From: an uncultured bacterium | GTDB lineage: Bacteria > Patescibacteriota > JABMPQ01 > CAVVCK01 | Assembly: GCA_963746775.1 (NCBI GenBank) | Contig: CAVVCK010000001.1 | Span: 275,050 to 339,049 of the forward strand | Direction: 5' to 3' | Length of the DNA: 64,000 nt | Part shown: piece after piece, positions 17,350 through 27,931 of the stretch | Layout of the letters: the number at the start of each line of letters is the position of its first letter | Position numbering within the stretch: the first letter of the stretch is position 1 | Notes under the pieces: model-generated | Told to the model about the DNA's origin: nothing | The model's database searches: none | The model's input: the letters and a program-made list of their open reading frames with translations, nothing else | Program-made: the position numbers and the translations under genes

Positions 17350-18846
17350 ATGCTCAAAAAAACAGAAATAAAAATCGAAGGCATGCACTGCCAAAGCTGC
17401 AAGACCTTGATTGAAACAGAAATAGATATCCTCGAAGGAGTTAAAGATATTAAAGTTGATTATGCTTCCGGCCAAGGATTTGTAGAATTTGATGACCAAA
17501 AAATATCTTTGGATAAAATCTATAACGCTATAGAAAAATTAAATTATAAAGTAGTTAAAAATACAGAGAAAGTTAAAAAAGATGTTAAAGAAAATAATTT
17601 ATATAAAAATATTGCTATCATTTCTGTTCTTATTCTCCTTTTTGTAGTTGGTTATTTCTTAATTAAATATTTAGGACTTCTGGAAATCCTCTCCCAATTA
17701 AACGAGAAGAAAGTAAGCTATTGGTTAATTTTTATTATAGGACTTCTAGCTAGTTTTCATTGTATTGGTATGTGCGGTGGCTTAGTTGTTACCTATACCG
17801 CCTCCAGCCAAAAAAAAGATAAGTGTAAGGACTGCCATAATAAATACACGCCTCATTGGCAGTACAATCTGGGAAGGCTTATATCATATACCACAATTGG
17901 AGCAATCTTAGGCGGTTTTGGATCATTTTTCGGTATTAATCCCCTTTTCACGGGTATTATAACTTTAGTAGCCGGAGTTTTTATGACCTTAATGGGATTA
18001 TCACTGCTTACTGATTTCAAATGGCTTAAAAAAGTAAAACTTAAAACACCACCCTTTATTGCTAAATTTCTATTTAGTCAAAAACACAGTCAAAAACCAA
18101 AAGGTCCCTTTATAATCGGCCTGCTTAATGGCTTTATGCCCTGCGGACCCCTGCAAGCTATGCAATTATACGCCCTAGCCTCAGGCAATATTGTAAGCGG
18201 AGCCTTATCTATGGGAATTTATGCCTTAGGAACCATACCTTTAATGTTTTTCTTTGGCAGTTTTATATCCTTTATCAGCCGGGAACGCATTAAACAAATA
18301 ATGAAAATATCCGGATTAATCGTAATAATATTAGGGGTTTTTATGTTTAATCGCGGACTTACTAATTTTGGACTAGGTTTTAGAGGCTTAGTTAGTAATG
18401 ATCAAACAAGCCAAACAGAATTTCAAGTCGCTGGCAATATTAATGAATATCAAGTTATAAACATGGATTTAACTTACCGAGGCTATGAACCTAATGTTCT
18501 TTATATTAAGAAAGGCATACCTGTTCGCTGGATAATAAATGTTAAACAAATGACCGGCTGTACTAATTCAATTATCTTACATGGGTATGATATAGAAAAG
18601 GATTTAAAAGAAGGAGAAAATATTATTGAATTTATACCAAAAGAAACAGGTGAAATAAAATTTTCCTGCTGGATGCAAATGGTCTGGGGTAAGTTTATTG
18701 TCACCGAGGGAGATGTAAATCCTAACCAGAGTCAAATAGAACTAGAATCTGAATCTCTGTCTGAAGGATCATGTGGCGGTGATGGATCTTGTGGAGGAAG
18801 CTGCGGGCAATCTTCTTGTGGATGTGGTACAATAAAAAGTAATTAA
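17350..18846 (+). CDS. HMA + DsbD_2 (TauE/SafE-like) membrane domain + cupredoxin fusion with Cys-rich tail
   Basis: GMHCQSC; SFHCIGMCGG; GRLISY; GFMPCGPLQ; FSCWMQM; terminal SCGGDGSCGGSCGQSSCGCG. Confidence 0.9.
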   Translation: MLKKTEIKIEGMHCQSCKTLIETEIDILEGVKDIKVDYASGQGFVEFDDQKISLDKIYNAIEKLNYKVVKNTEKVKKDVKENNLYKNIAIISVLILLFVVGYFLIKYLGLLEILSQLNEKKVSYWLIFIIGLLASFHCIGMCGGLVVTYTASSQKKDKCKDCHNKYTPHWQYNLGRLISYTTIGAILGGFGSFFGINPLFTGIITLVAGVFMTLMGLSLLTDFKWLKKVKLKTPPFIAKFLFSQKHSQKPKGPFIIGLLNGFMPCGPLQAMQLYALASGNIVSGALSMGIYALGTIPLMFFFGSFISFISRERIKQIMKISGLIVIILGVFMFNRGLTNFGLGFRGLVSNDQTSQTEFQVAGNINEYQVINMDLTYRGYEPNVLYIKKGIPVRWIINVKQMTGCTNSIILHGYDIEKDLKEGENIIEFIPKETGEIKFSCWMQMVWGKFIVTEGDVNPNQSQIELESESLSEGSCGGDGSCGGSCGQSSCGCGTIKSN

Positions 18847-18855
18847 CAATAAAAT

Positions 18856-19224
18856 ATGCAAATCATCGGAATCATTTTAATTATTATAGTAATAATATTG
18901 TACTTACTCTGGCTATGGTACACCAAAAATCAAACTGCCACTTCTGCCAAGCAAGAAGAAAATGTACAGGTATTTAATATTTTAGTTAAAGGTGTCTACT
19001 CGCCTAATGTTATTAAAGCTAAATTAGGCAAATTAATTAGAATAAATTTTACCAGAAAAGAATCAACTGATTGCTCTCGTTATGTAAACTTCCCGGATTT
19101 TAAAATCAGAAAAGAATTACCCGAGGGAAAAGAAACTTCCCTAGAAATTATGCCGGAAAAAACAGGCGCATTTCCATTTAATTGCGATATGAATATGTAT
19201 CAAGGAAAATTAATCGTAGAGTAG
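18856..19224 (+). CDS. Membrane-anchored cupredoxin (CupA-like)
   Basis: TM helix; VKGVYSPN.I; C; FPFNCDMNMYQGKLIV. Confidence 0.88.
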   Translation: MQIIGIILIIIVIILYLLWLWYTKNQTATSAKQEENVQVFNILVKGVYSPNVIKAKLGKLIRINFTRKESTDCSRYVNFPDFKIRKELPEGKETSLEIMPEKTGAFPFNCDMNMYQGKLIVE

Positions 19225-19351
19225 CAAGTTTGTATTAATATATCCGCCCAATCCGCAACATCCGCCTATCTGCACAAAGTTATCTAAAACAAGTGAACCC
19301 TAATTAATTTAATTCAAACTTTTAAATTATCTCTTAATGTAAATCAAACAC

Positions 19352-21559
19352 ATGAAAAAAGAATTTAATATAAAAATGATGCACTGCGCTTCTTGCGCTC
19401 TCAGCATCGAGAATAAACTTAACAAAACTCCAGGCGTAAAACACGCCAATGTTAATTTTGCTACGGAAAAAGCTTCTGTAGATTTTGAAGGAGATGACCA
19501 AAAAATAATCAAGGCTGTCAAAGATTTAGGTTATAAAGCGGAAACAATAGATGATGCCACCTCTGCTATGCCACAACACGACCACAATCATAACGAATCA
19601 CCTAGGAATAAAGAGGTAAAAAAAGAAAGAAATCTATTTATCCTAAGCCTGGTTTTATCTCTTCCTATTCTGGTACTTAGTATGATTCTAATGGATAAAT
19701 CTTTATTAAGTAGAATTATTCAGTTACTTCTAGCTTCTATCATACAATTCTATATTGGTTTCAGATTCTACAGAGGAACATATTATGCTCTCAAAAATAA
19801 AGCAGCTAATATGGATACCTTAGTAGCGCTTGGTACCTCGGCTGCTTATTTTTATAGTCTGGCTACTATCTTTTTTATAGCAGGAGATGTCTTTTTTGAA
19901 ACATCTGCTCTTCTTATCACTTTTATAATCTTAGGAAAATATTTGGAAGCAAGAGCCAAAGGCAAAACATCAGAAGCTATAGAAAAATTACTGGAACTAC
20001 AGGCAAAAAAAGCTAGGGTGGAAAGAAGTGGCCAGGAAATAGAAATACCCATAGAAGAATTAAAGATTGGGGATATTGTTATTGTTCGTCCTGGAGAAAA
20101 AGTACCCACCGACGGAATAATAATTGAAGGATATTCCAGTATCGATGAATCTATGATCACAGGCGAAAGTATTCCGGTTGAGAAAAAAGAGACTGATAAA
20201 GTCATCGGCGCAACCTTAAATAAAACCGGCAGCTTTAAATTCATAACAGAAAAAATTGGCAAAGATACTATGCTTTCTCAAATTGTAAAAATTGTCAACG
20301 AAGCGCAAAGCTCTAAAGCGCCAATTCAAAAATTCGCTGACATGGTATCAAGTTATTTTGTTCCTACCGTTATTGCTATTGCCCTAATAACTTTTATTAG
20401 TTGGTACTTTTTAGTAGGCTCCTTTTTTGTATCTTCTCTACTAGCCTTTACCGCTGTTTTGGTTATTGCCTGCCCCTGTGCTCTGGGTTTGGCTACACCA
20501 ACTGCTATTATGGTTGGCACGGGGATGGGTGCTGAGAAAGGAGTCTTAGTTAAAAGCGGTAAAGCCCTCGAGATTGCCAATAAAATTCAAGCAATAATAT
20601 TAGATAAAACCGGAACTATAACTAAAGGCAGACCAGAAGTTACGGACGTAATTCAAATTTCAAATAATAAAATCCAAATCACAAACAAATTACAGAATCC
20701 AAATTCTAAAAATAATATTTTGCAGATAACCGCTTCCCTTGAAAACAAATCTGAGCACCCCCTAGCCGAGGCGATTATTAAAAAAGCTAAATCAGAAAAT
20801 ATAGAATTCCTTAATGTACAGAACTTTGAAGCTATAGCCGGCCATGGAGTTCAGGGTACAATTTCTAATCAACAAATTTTAATTGGTACAGAAATGTTAA
20901 TGGATAAATTTAATATTAATATCAGCCAAGAGATTAAGGATAAAAAAATAAACTTAGAAAACGAGGGGAAAACAGTAATGATAATGACGCTAGATAATAA
21001 CATTGCCGGTTTAATCGCCGTAGCCGATACAATTAAAGAAACATCAAAAAAAGCAATCAGAATGCTTAAAGAGATGGGCCTAAGAACCATTATGATAACA
21101 GGTGATAATCAAAGAACAGCCCAGGCTGTAGCTAAACAAATTGGAATTGATGAAGTACTATCAGAGGTTCTACCAGAAGATAAAGCTAAAGAAATCAAAA
21201 AGCTTCAAGAAAATAATCAAAAAGTAGGAATGGTCGGAGATGGCATCAATGATGCTCCTGCCCTAGCTCAATCAGACCTAGGAATTGCCATGGGAGCAGG
21301 TACTGACATTGCTATTGAGACCGGTGATATAGTTTTGATCAAAAACAATTTACAAGATGTAGTGAGAGCTATCAAACTTAGCAAAGCTACTATGAACAAA
21401 ATAAAACAAAATATGTTCTGGGCACTGTTTTATAATAGTATTGGTATACCTATTGCCGCACTAGGATTATTACGCGCAGAATTTGCCGGTCTTGCTATGG
21501 CACTGAGCAGTGTATCAGTTGTTACTAATTCTTTATTGTTAAAAAGAAGGAAAATATAA
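19352..21559 (+). CDS. copA: Copper-translocating P1B-type ATPase
   Basis: MHCASC HMA domain, [27 protein letters not shown] and MxxSS Cu(I) transmembrane motifs. Confidence 0.95.
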   Translation: MKKEFNIKMMHCASCALSIENKLNKTPGVKHANVNFATEKASVDFEGDDQKIIKAVKDLGYKAETIDDATSAMPQHDHNHNESPRNKEVKKERNLFILSLVLSLPILVLSMILMDKSLLSRIIQLLLASIIQFYIGFRFYRGTYYALKNKAANMDTLVALGTSAAYFYSLATIFFIAGDVFFETSALLITFIILGKYLEARAKGKTSEAIEKLLELQAKKARVERSGQEIEIPIEELKIGDIVIVRPGEKVPTDGIIIEGYSSIDESMITGESIPVEKKETDKVIGATLNKTGSFKFITEKIGKDTMLSQIVKIVNEAQSSKAPIQKFADMVSSYFVPTVIAIALITFISWYFLVGSFFVSSLLAFTAVLVIACPCALGLATPTAIMVGTGMGAEKGVLVKSGKALEIANKIQAIILDKTGTITKGRPEVTDVIQISNNKIQITNKLQNPNSKNNILQITASLENKSEHPLAEAIIKKAKSENIEFLNVQNFEAIAGHGVQGTISNQQILIGTEMLMDKFNINISQEIKDKKINLENEGKTVMIMTLDNNIAGLIAVADTIKETSKKAIRMLKEMGLRTIMITGDNQRTAQAVAKQIGIDEVLSEVLPEDKAKEIKKLQENNQKVGMVGDGINDAPALAQSDLGIAMGAGTDIAIETGDIVLIKNNLQDVVRAIKLSKATMNKIKQNMFWALFYNSIGIPIAALGLLRAEFAGLAMALSSVSVVTNSLLLKRRKI

Positions 21560-21576
21560 AATTATTTTAAAAACAC

Positions 21577-21609
21577 AAAAAGACCTTTAAATTTTAAGGG
21601 GTCTTTTTT
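21577..21609. terminator. Bidirectional terminator
   Basis: AAAAAGACCTTT...AGGGGTCTTTTTT between convergent genes. Confidence 0.7.
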
Positions 21610-21645
21610 AATTATTTCCCAATTCATAATTCCCAACTCTACATA

Positions 21646-22383
21646 CTATTCTGTTACCATAAAAGAAACATAGGTTAATTCTTCAGCATCAATAGTACCG
21701 CTATCCGATCCATTTAATCTTACATCGTAACTACCAGGTTCACTTGGTGCTACTAAAGTTACTGTACCAGAAGCCTTACCACCTAAGTAAGCATAAGAAG
21801 TATCATTTTCATCATTAGTAATTTCACTGCCATGCTCAATCTCAGAAGGGATAACACCTACCCAAGCAGTGGAATCAAGTCCTTCCGCCCCAGAAAAGAT
21901 AACGGTAATAGTAGCTTGTGGAGTATATTCTAGCTTATCAAGTTCAATTAAAATACCATCAGTAGTAACCGTAAAAGACGCATAACCTAATTCTTCTGCT
22001 CCCGTTGAATCACTACTATAAATTCTTACATCATAATCTCCTTTTTTTGATGGTGCCGTTAAAGTTTTAGTGCCGACCTTAGACTCCTCTAAATATTCAT
22101 AGTCGGTATCTACTATATCCGCTTCTTCTTCAGAATTATGCACAGTATCAGATGGCACAATTCCTATCCAGGCATTTTCCCCCAAATCTTCTACAATATC
22201 ATAAGTAATTACTACATCTCCCCCTGCTTCATATGAGATTTTATCTGTTGTAACTTTAGTTTCTTTTTCCACTTCAGTAGTTGTTGTAGTTTCCTTTTCT
22301 TTAAAGAAATTGGTACAACCAGTAAGTAAGGCCGCACAAACTATAAAACTTAGCAGATAAAAGATTTTTGTTTTTCTCTTCAT
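21646..22383 (-). CDS. Lipoprotein with two tandem Ig-like beta-sandwich repeats
   Basis: Lipobox LTGC; duplicated DK..Y.....I.....AW(I/V)G(I/V)(V/I)PS...H.SE...Y.YL....GT.TL.APS..G.YDVR. Confidence 0.85.
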   Translation of the reverse strand: MKRKTKIFYLLSFIVCAALLTGCTNFFKEKETTTTTEVEKETKVTTDKISYEAGGDVVITYDIVEDLGENAWIGIVPSDTVHNSEEEADIVDTDYEYLEESKVGTKTLTAPSKKGDYDVRIYSSDSTGAEELGYASFTVTTDGILIELDKLEYTPQATITVIFSGAEGLDSTAWVGVIPSEIEHGSEITNDENDTSYAYLGGKASGTVTLVAPSEPGSYDVRLNGSDSGTIDAEELTYVSFMVTE

Positions 22384-22485
22384 GTTTTTTTATATTTATT
22401 TATTAATAGCTAGGATTATTATACTATATTTTTATTTTTTAATAAATATCTAGTATAATGAATTATAGTAAATAAATTTAATAAT

Positions 22486-23097
22486 ATGTTTAAAGAATCA
22501 GCGGAACCCATAATGCCAGAAAATAGAAAAATCGAAGAACCAAAGTTAGACACTACAGAGGAAGAAGAACGAAACAATGATGAAACTTTTGAAAAAAGGT
22601 GTTTCTCTGAAAATATGCGGGATCGTCTTTTTTATTTTTTAGCTACAAAATTCAGTTCCCAGATAAATCAATATGACCTAGAAGAAATAATACAAGAGAC
22701 TTTATTAAAAGCTTACAGAGCTAGAAATAGGTATGATTCTGAAAGAGGTGAACTTAGCACTTGGCTATTCCATATTGCCAAAAACACTGCCCTAAATCAT
22801 TTAAAAAAAATATCCCGTCGATCTAAGGAATATCCGGAAGAAGAAATAGATAAGTTCCCCGAAGGAAGCAGCAGCGTAGAAAATAGATTGGGTGCAAAAG
22901 AAGAGGTTGCAGAATATTTAAAAAAATTATCTTATAGGCGTAAAACAATATTAGAACTCCACTTTATAGAAGGACTCACTTATGCTGAAATTGCTGAAAA
23001 AATTGGAGTAAAATATCAAACAATTGGTTCGACTATAACTAAAGCAAGAAAACAAATGAGAAGTGCTAGAAAAAAAAATATACAAGAAACAAATTAA
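22486..23097 (+). CDS. ECF sigma-70 factor with acidic N-terminal extension
   Basis: Region 2 DLEEIIQETLLKAY...STWLFHIAKN; region 4 EGLTYAEIAEKIG...TI.S...AR..M. Confidence 0.88.
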   Translation: MFKESAEPIMPENRKIEEPKLDTTEEEERNNDETFEKRCFSENMRDRLFYFLATKFSSQINQYDLEEIIQETLLKAYRARNRYDSERGELSTWLFHIAKNTALNHLKKISRRSKEYPEEEIDKFPEGSSSVENRLGAKEEVAEYLKKLSYRRKTILELHFIEGLTYAEIAEKIGVKYQTIGSTITKARKQMRSARKKNIQETN

Positions 23098-23111
23098 ACA
23101 ATTTAAAAAAT

Positions 23112-23366
23112 ATGGCCGAATCAATTACATTTTTTATCGCTGCAATCTTCAGTTCCTTTTTTATTTTATTCTTTTTAATTTGGTTTTTTGTTTTAGGAAT
23201 TATTTTACTAAGTCTGGTTTTTTGGATTTTGATGATTGTGGACCTGACCAAAAGAAAATTTGAAAAAGAAAATGATAAGGTTACTTGGCTTTTAATTGTA
23301 CTCTTAACAGGTGCAATTGGCGCTATTATTTATTATGTTGAGATTAAGAGAAAGGACCAGAAATAA
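23112..23366 (+). CDS. PLDc_N-domain small membrane protein
   Basis: FWILMIVD...KVTWLLIVLL...IGAIIYY. Confidence 0.85.
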   Translation: MAESITFFIAAIFSSFFILFFLIWFFVLGIILLSLVFWILMIVDLTKRKFEKENDKVTWLLIVLLTGAIGAIIYYVEIKRKDQK

Positions 23367-23376
23367 TTATACTTTC

Positions 23377-24060
23377 TTAATTTGGCTCTATTTCAAAAAT
23401 TAATTTCTTCTCACCCATATATAAAAATTCTAATTTTCCCACCTCTTTTTGCACTTCATAAATAACTTGACCATCTATCCATCCTTCACTGGGAATATTT
23501 TGCACTCCTTTTATTAGATTATACTCATCAGTATTTATTGTTTTCATATTATATTCTGTATAACGCGAATCACGTAAAATAAAATTAGTACTATAAAAAT
23601 ACGTTTCTTCCATTGTTTGATTCATAATATTCATTCTTAAAACTAAAAATTCATATCCTTCTCTGGGTTTTTCTTTCCCTATTTCTTCTCTATGTTCTAC
23701 AATACTCAAGGAAATAGAAACATTTCCATCTGAGAGGATGTCACCTTCTTTGCCATTTTCTTCTTCTAGCTGCTGATTTTCTGTGTTATCATTTTCTGTT
23801 CCCCTAGTAATTTTCTGCCATTCATTTTGCCAATCACTATTACTAATTGTACTTAATCTTTCTTCTGTACTATCTTCTACCTTATTAGCCAAATATTTAA
23901 TTAAAATATAGGAACCAACTCCTAGGGCAAACATTAAGAATAGAAATATAATCAAAATAGTATACCAAAATTTTTTTCTTTTTTTGCTATACTTATTTTG
24001 TTCTTGAATATTTTTCTCTTTAATTTTTCGGCTATCAAATCCTATATTATTTTTTGACAT
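23377..24060 (-). CDS. Membrane-anchored DUF4352-like protein
   Basis: TM helix, then P.EGYEFLVL...I.N......F.L.D....Y...G.V.YEV. Confidence 0.7.
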   Translation of the reverse strand: MSKNNIGFDSRKIKEKNIQEQNKYSKKRKKFWYTILIIFLFLMFALGVGSYILIKYLANKVEDSTEERLSTISNSDWQNEWQKITRGTENDNTENQQLEEENGKEGDILSDGNVSISLSIVEHREEIGKEKPREGYEFLVLRMNIMNQTMEETYFYSTNFILRDSRYTEYNMKTINTDEYNLIKGVQNIPSEGWIDGQVIYEVQKEVGKLEFLYMGEKKLIFEIEPN

Positions 24061-24069
24061 ATAGATATT

Positions 24070-24759
24070 TTATTTTTTAGAATAAGTTATATTTGGTTTT
24101 TGTATATATAATGGTTTTATAATTTGACCTCTTTTGTTTTTTTTAAACTTTTCTAGAGATATATCAATCAATCTTGTAATTGAATCTTCACCATAAAAAC
24201 TAATATATTTTAAATTAATAAAATTATTACTAAACTTTTTTTCTAAAATATTTTTATTTACAACTTCTCTCAAAATATTACTATCCTCTACTATAAAAGA
24301 AGTAGGTTTTTTCATTAATTTTAAAAGTTCATTAACATTACCAGAAAAAAATCCACCACTTTGTTTTAATAAACCCTTTTTATAATCATATATACCTGCA
24401 AAAATATTATTGTGTACAGCCGACACAATACTACATATTTTTATATCTTTTTTATCATTGAAAATTCCAATATGAGCTAACCATTCTAATTTATTTACTC
24501 CAATAACTGGCAAATTTAGGGAGTAACTCAGAGCATTGGCTGTAGCAATCCCAACTCGCAAACCTGTATATGATCCTGGTCCAGAAATAACCGTTATACC
24601 TGCTAAATTGATTAATTTATTATTTATAATTTTAGATATTTCAGACAAAAGTTTCTCTGAATGATCAAAATTAGTTCCAAAAACTTTTTTTTGAAAATTA
24701 CTGTTAGAAACCTTTATAATTAAGCTTTTTTTTGAAGATGTATCAATTATTAAAAACAT
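24070..24759 (-). CDS. tsaB: tRNA threonylcarbamoyladenosine biosynthesis protein TsaB
   Basis: LIIDTS, HSEKLL, GPGSYTGLRVG..TANAL, PLY. Confidence 0.92.
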   Translation of the reverse strand: MFLIIDTSSKKSLIIKVSNSNFQKKVFGTNFDHSEKLLSEISKIINNKLINLAGITVISGPGSYTGLRVGIATANALSYSLNLPVIGVNKLEWLAHIGIFNDKKDIKICSIVSAVHNNIFAGIYDYKKGLLKQSGGFFSGNVNELLKLMKKPTSFIVEDSNILREVVNKNILEKKFSNNFINLKYISFYGEDSITRLIDISLEKFKKNKRGQIIKPLYIQKPNITYSKK

Positions 24760-24879
24760 GTATTTAATTTATTCGCTGAAAATTCATTATAAACTAATCA
24801 TCAGTAATTAAAAATTATGAACATTGCTTTCCTCACAAATCCTGCTATAATATAATAACTAATTTTTTAATTATAACCT

Positions 24880-25326
24880 ATGTCTGATTCCCCAAAAGTA
24901 TTAATAATTTCCCTTACCGCTGGTATTGTAGCCCAGGGTATAAAGTTTATTTTAAAAATGATTAAAAATGGTAAGATTGACTGGAGTGATTGGGATGATT
25001 ATGGTGGTATGCCTTCCGCTCACACTGCTTTTGTTTCTTCGCTAACTACAGCCGTCGCTCTGCAAGATGGTATATTCTCTACTGTTTTTGCTATTACTTT
25101 TATTATTTCGTCTATATTAATCCGTGATGCCCTGGGTCTTCGAATGTATATTGAAAAGCATGGTAAATTAATTTCACAATTAATTAGTAAGCAGCCCGTG
25201 GAAGAAAAAGTTAAAAACTATGCTGAAAAATTAGGCGGTGAAAGAATAGGACACACCCCTATAGAAGTACTTGCCGGAGCATTTTTAGGTGTTTCTTGTG
25301 CTTTCCTACTTTTTTATTTCCTTTAA
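24880..25326 (+). CDS. Divergent PAP2 (DUF212/YuiD) membrane protein
   Basis: AQ.IK, GGMPSAH, DA.GLR, GHTP.EV.AG. Confidence 0.92.
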   Translation: MSDSPKVLIISLTAGIVAQGIKFILKMIKNGKIDWSDWDDYGGMPSAHTAFVSSLTTAVALQDGIFSTVFAITFIISSILIRDALGLRMYIEKHGKLISQLISKQPVEEKVKNYAEKLGGERIGHTPIEVLAGAFLGVSCAFLLFYFL

Positions 25327-26646
25327 AAGTTCACGTGCTGCTTGTCTATCATCCCAAGCAATACATTTACCATTTTTAATAGCCATTACTGGATCCGAGC
25401 CTTTGCCAGCTAGCAAAACCACATCGTTTGGTTTTGCCAGTAGCAAGGCTTTTTTTATTGCTTCTCTTCTGTCTATAATTTTAAAATAATCCAATCCTTC
25501 TATTTTATCTTTTTTTGCCAAACCTTTAATCATCTCATCAGCTATTTCATTTGGATTATCATCATAAGGATCATCAGTGGTAATTACGCTAAATTTACAA
25601 TATTTTGCAAGTATCTCCCCCATTACTGGTCTCCGCCAGCTATCTCTGCCTCCGCCAGTGGGACCTGAGACTGCTATAATATTATTTTTAAATTCTTCTT
25701 TTATAAATAAATTTTTAATATTTTTTAAAACCTCTTCTAAACATTTAGGTTCATAAGCATAATCTACAATTACCTTAAATTTTTGCCCCTCTTCAATTAA
25801 TTCCATCCTGCCTGGCATACCAGGAAAATTTGCCAAATACTGACTAATCTCTTTTAGAGATAAACCTAAATATTTACCCAAAGCTACAGCTGGCAGAGCA
25901 TTATATATATTAAAATCACCTATTTGTTTTAAACTAAAACTAATATCTTTTATTCTCCAAGAAATTCCCTCTTTCCCAGATTGCAAACTAGAAGCAATAA
26001 TATCTGCCCCAGTTTTTAAACCATAGGTAATTTTTTTATCTGCCGCGAACCCCAGAAAATAATCAGCATACTTATCATCTTTATTTGCAATAATAACTTT
26101 CTCATTATTTTGATTTCTAATTTTTATGTTTTTATGTTCTTGAGTTTTAATGTTCTCGTGCTTCAACGATTTAAACAATTCTGCTTTAGCTTTTTTGTAA
26201 TTTTCAAAACCTCCATGAGATTCAATATGCTCAGGAGTCAGATTTAAAAAAACAGCTATATCATAATTTATACCTGCATGCCTATATTGTTTTATACCTT
26301 CTGATGATGTTTCCACAATGGCATATTCACATCCCGCTAAATACATATCCTTAAGTAGTTTTTGCAATTTAAACCTGCCCAACATTGTCATTTTATATTT
26401 ATTGACCCATTCCTTCTGATGAATTCTAAAATTAGCCGTCGAGGTCATACCACATTTGTAACCCGCCTGCTCAATTAAATGCCATAATATATTACAGGTT
26501 GTAGACTTACCTTTGGTGCCTGTTACACCAATAACAATCATCTTCTCCGAGGGCTGACCATAATAAATAGCAGCTAGTATAGCTAAACTTTTATAATAAA
26601 AATTAAGCATTGATTTTGGAACAAATTTTCTAATTAAGCTTTTCAT
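25306..26646 (-). CDS. murE: UDP-N-acetylmuramyl-tripeptide synthetase
   Basis: GVTGTKGKST, ETSS, NLTPEH, PGRME, VDYA, DRREAI..AL, LLAGKG. Confidence 0.9.
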   Translation of the reverse strand: MKSLIRKFVPKSMLNFYYKSLAILAAIYYGQPSEKMIVIGVTGTKGKSTTCNILWHLIEQAGYKCGMTSTANFRIHQKEWVNKYKMTMLGRFKLQKLLKDMYLAGCEYAIVETSSEGIKQYRHAGINYDIAVFLNLTPEHIESHGGFENYKKAKAELFKSLKHENIKTQEHKNIKIRNQNNEKVIIANKDDKYADYFLGFAADKKITYGLKTGADIIASSLQSGKEGISWRIKDISFSLKQIGDFNIYNALPAVALGKYLGLSLKEISQYLANFPGMPGRMELIEEGQKFKVIVDYAYEPKCLEEVLKNIKNLFIKEEFKNNIIAVSGPTGGGRDSWRRPVMGEILAKYCKFSVITTDDPYDDNPNEIADEMIKGLAKKDKIEGLDYFKIIDRREAIKKALLLAKPNDVVLLAGKGSDPVMAIKNGKCIAWDDRQAARELLKEIKK

Positions 26647-27782
26647 TTTAAAAATAAATAATAAGTTTCATACACTATCCCCACTCCATACATAGCACAC
26701 ATTAAATAAACAATTACCTTTGGTACTTTTATAGAAAATAACGGTTTGGTATTGCCTTGCTTCTTTGCTTTTAAATACATTATTAATATTAAAATTCCCT
26801 GCAATCCTCCGGTAATTGCTCCTACCATGCCAATTATTTTTATAAAATCAGCCAGACCAAATAGGAAAATAACAAATGGCACAAAACAAGCATAAACCCA
26901 AGATAAAACTTTACCAAATTTATAATCACACATAAATATTTCTCTCAAAACTAATCCAAGCGTTAGAAAAGAAGTAGTCATAGTTAATATACCCAAAATA
27001 GCTCCTATAACAAATATTTTATCACCCATTACATTATTCAAACCAATAATAGCCTCTGGTGAAGTATCTTTACCGGAAATTCCGCAGACTACAAAACTAA
27101 AGGATAAATAGATTACAAAAACTATAACATAAGCTATTAAAATACTCTTTTTTAATTTCTTCTCTTCACCTGATAAAATTTTCTTCATATCAGCTAAAAC
27201 TGTGGCACCAGTAAAAGCAAATAAAATAACTCCGTAAGGTAGAAATAAATTCATTCTATCAAAACCAATTAAATTTTCCATTTCTACGTAAGGTAGACCA
27301 AAAATAAATATCAAAACTGCTGCCAGTATTAACACTGCCACCATTATTTTTTCAATTTTTATAATAGTTTTCAAACCAAAGAAAACAGCAATGCTAGCTA
27401 ATATAAAAAATAAAGCTGTATATAAAAAAGGCGTTCCACCTAAAAAATCATAAAGCAGGGCATGTAAAAAATCTCCCACCCCAACCATATAGGCCAATAA
27501 CGCTCCATAAATTCCAAAAACTAGGGAAAATGAAATTATTCTTTCCCCCCATTTTCCTAAATATTTTCCTGCATAACCGGCCATTTGATGTTCTTCGCGA
27601 GTTCGCAAAATTACTTCGGCATAACAAAGAGTGGTGATAAATATAACAGCTCCTAAAACTAATAAATAAAAAAATCCTGTCATAAATCCAACCTGAGACA
27701 CTACATATGGTATACCAAAAATACCTGCACCAACCACTGTACCAATCAATAATGCAATTGCTCCAAATAATTTATTTTTCAT
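26643..27782 (-). CDS. Aromatic amino acid permease family transporter
   Basis: GTVVGAGIFGIP, about 11 TM helices, PYGVILFAF, TSFL. Confidence 0.85.
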   Translation of the reverse strand: MKNKLFGAIALLIGTVVGAGIFGIPYVVSQVGFMTGFFYLLVLGAVIFITTLCYAEVILRTREEHQMAGYAGKYLGKWGERIISFSLVFGIYGALLAYMVGVGDFLHALLYDFLGGTPFLYTALFFILASIAVFFGLKTIIKIEKIMVAVLILAAVLIFIFGLPYVEMENLIGFDRMNLFLPYGVILFAFTGATVLADMKKILSGEEKKLKKSILIAYVIVFVIYLSFSFVVCGISGKDTSPEAIIGLNNVMGDKIFVIGAILGILTMTTSFLTLGLVLREIFMCDYKFGKVLSWVYACFVPFVIFLFGLADFIKIIGMVGAITGGLQGILILIMYLKAKKQGNTKPLFSIKVPKVIVYLMCAMYGVGIVYETYYLFLK

Positions 27783-27818
27783 TTTTTTATATTAATGTGA
27801 ATTGCCCAAATAAACCCA

Positions 27819-27927
27819 ATCCGCAATATCCGCTATAATCCGTTTATCCACAATATTACAATAAGCGGATTTAACAAATTGATGCAGATAAGCGAAAAAA
27901 CATATAAGAAATTTTATAATTCGCATT
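27819..27927. repeat. Dispersed ATCCGC-rich intergenic element, copy B (no insertion)
   Basis: Collinear with 12325-12467; partial third copy at 19242-19275. Confidence 0.85.
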
Positions 27928-27931
27928 TCTA

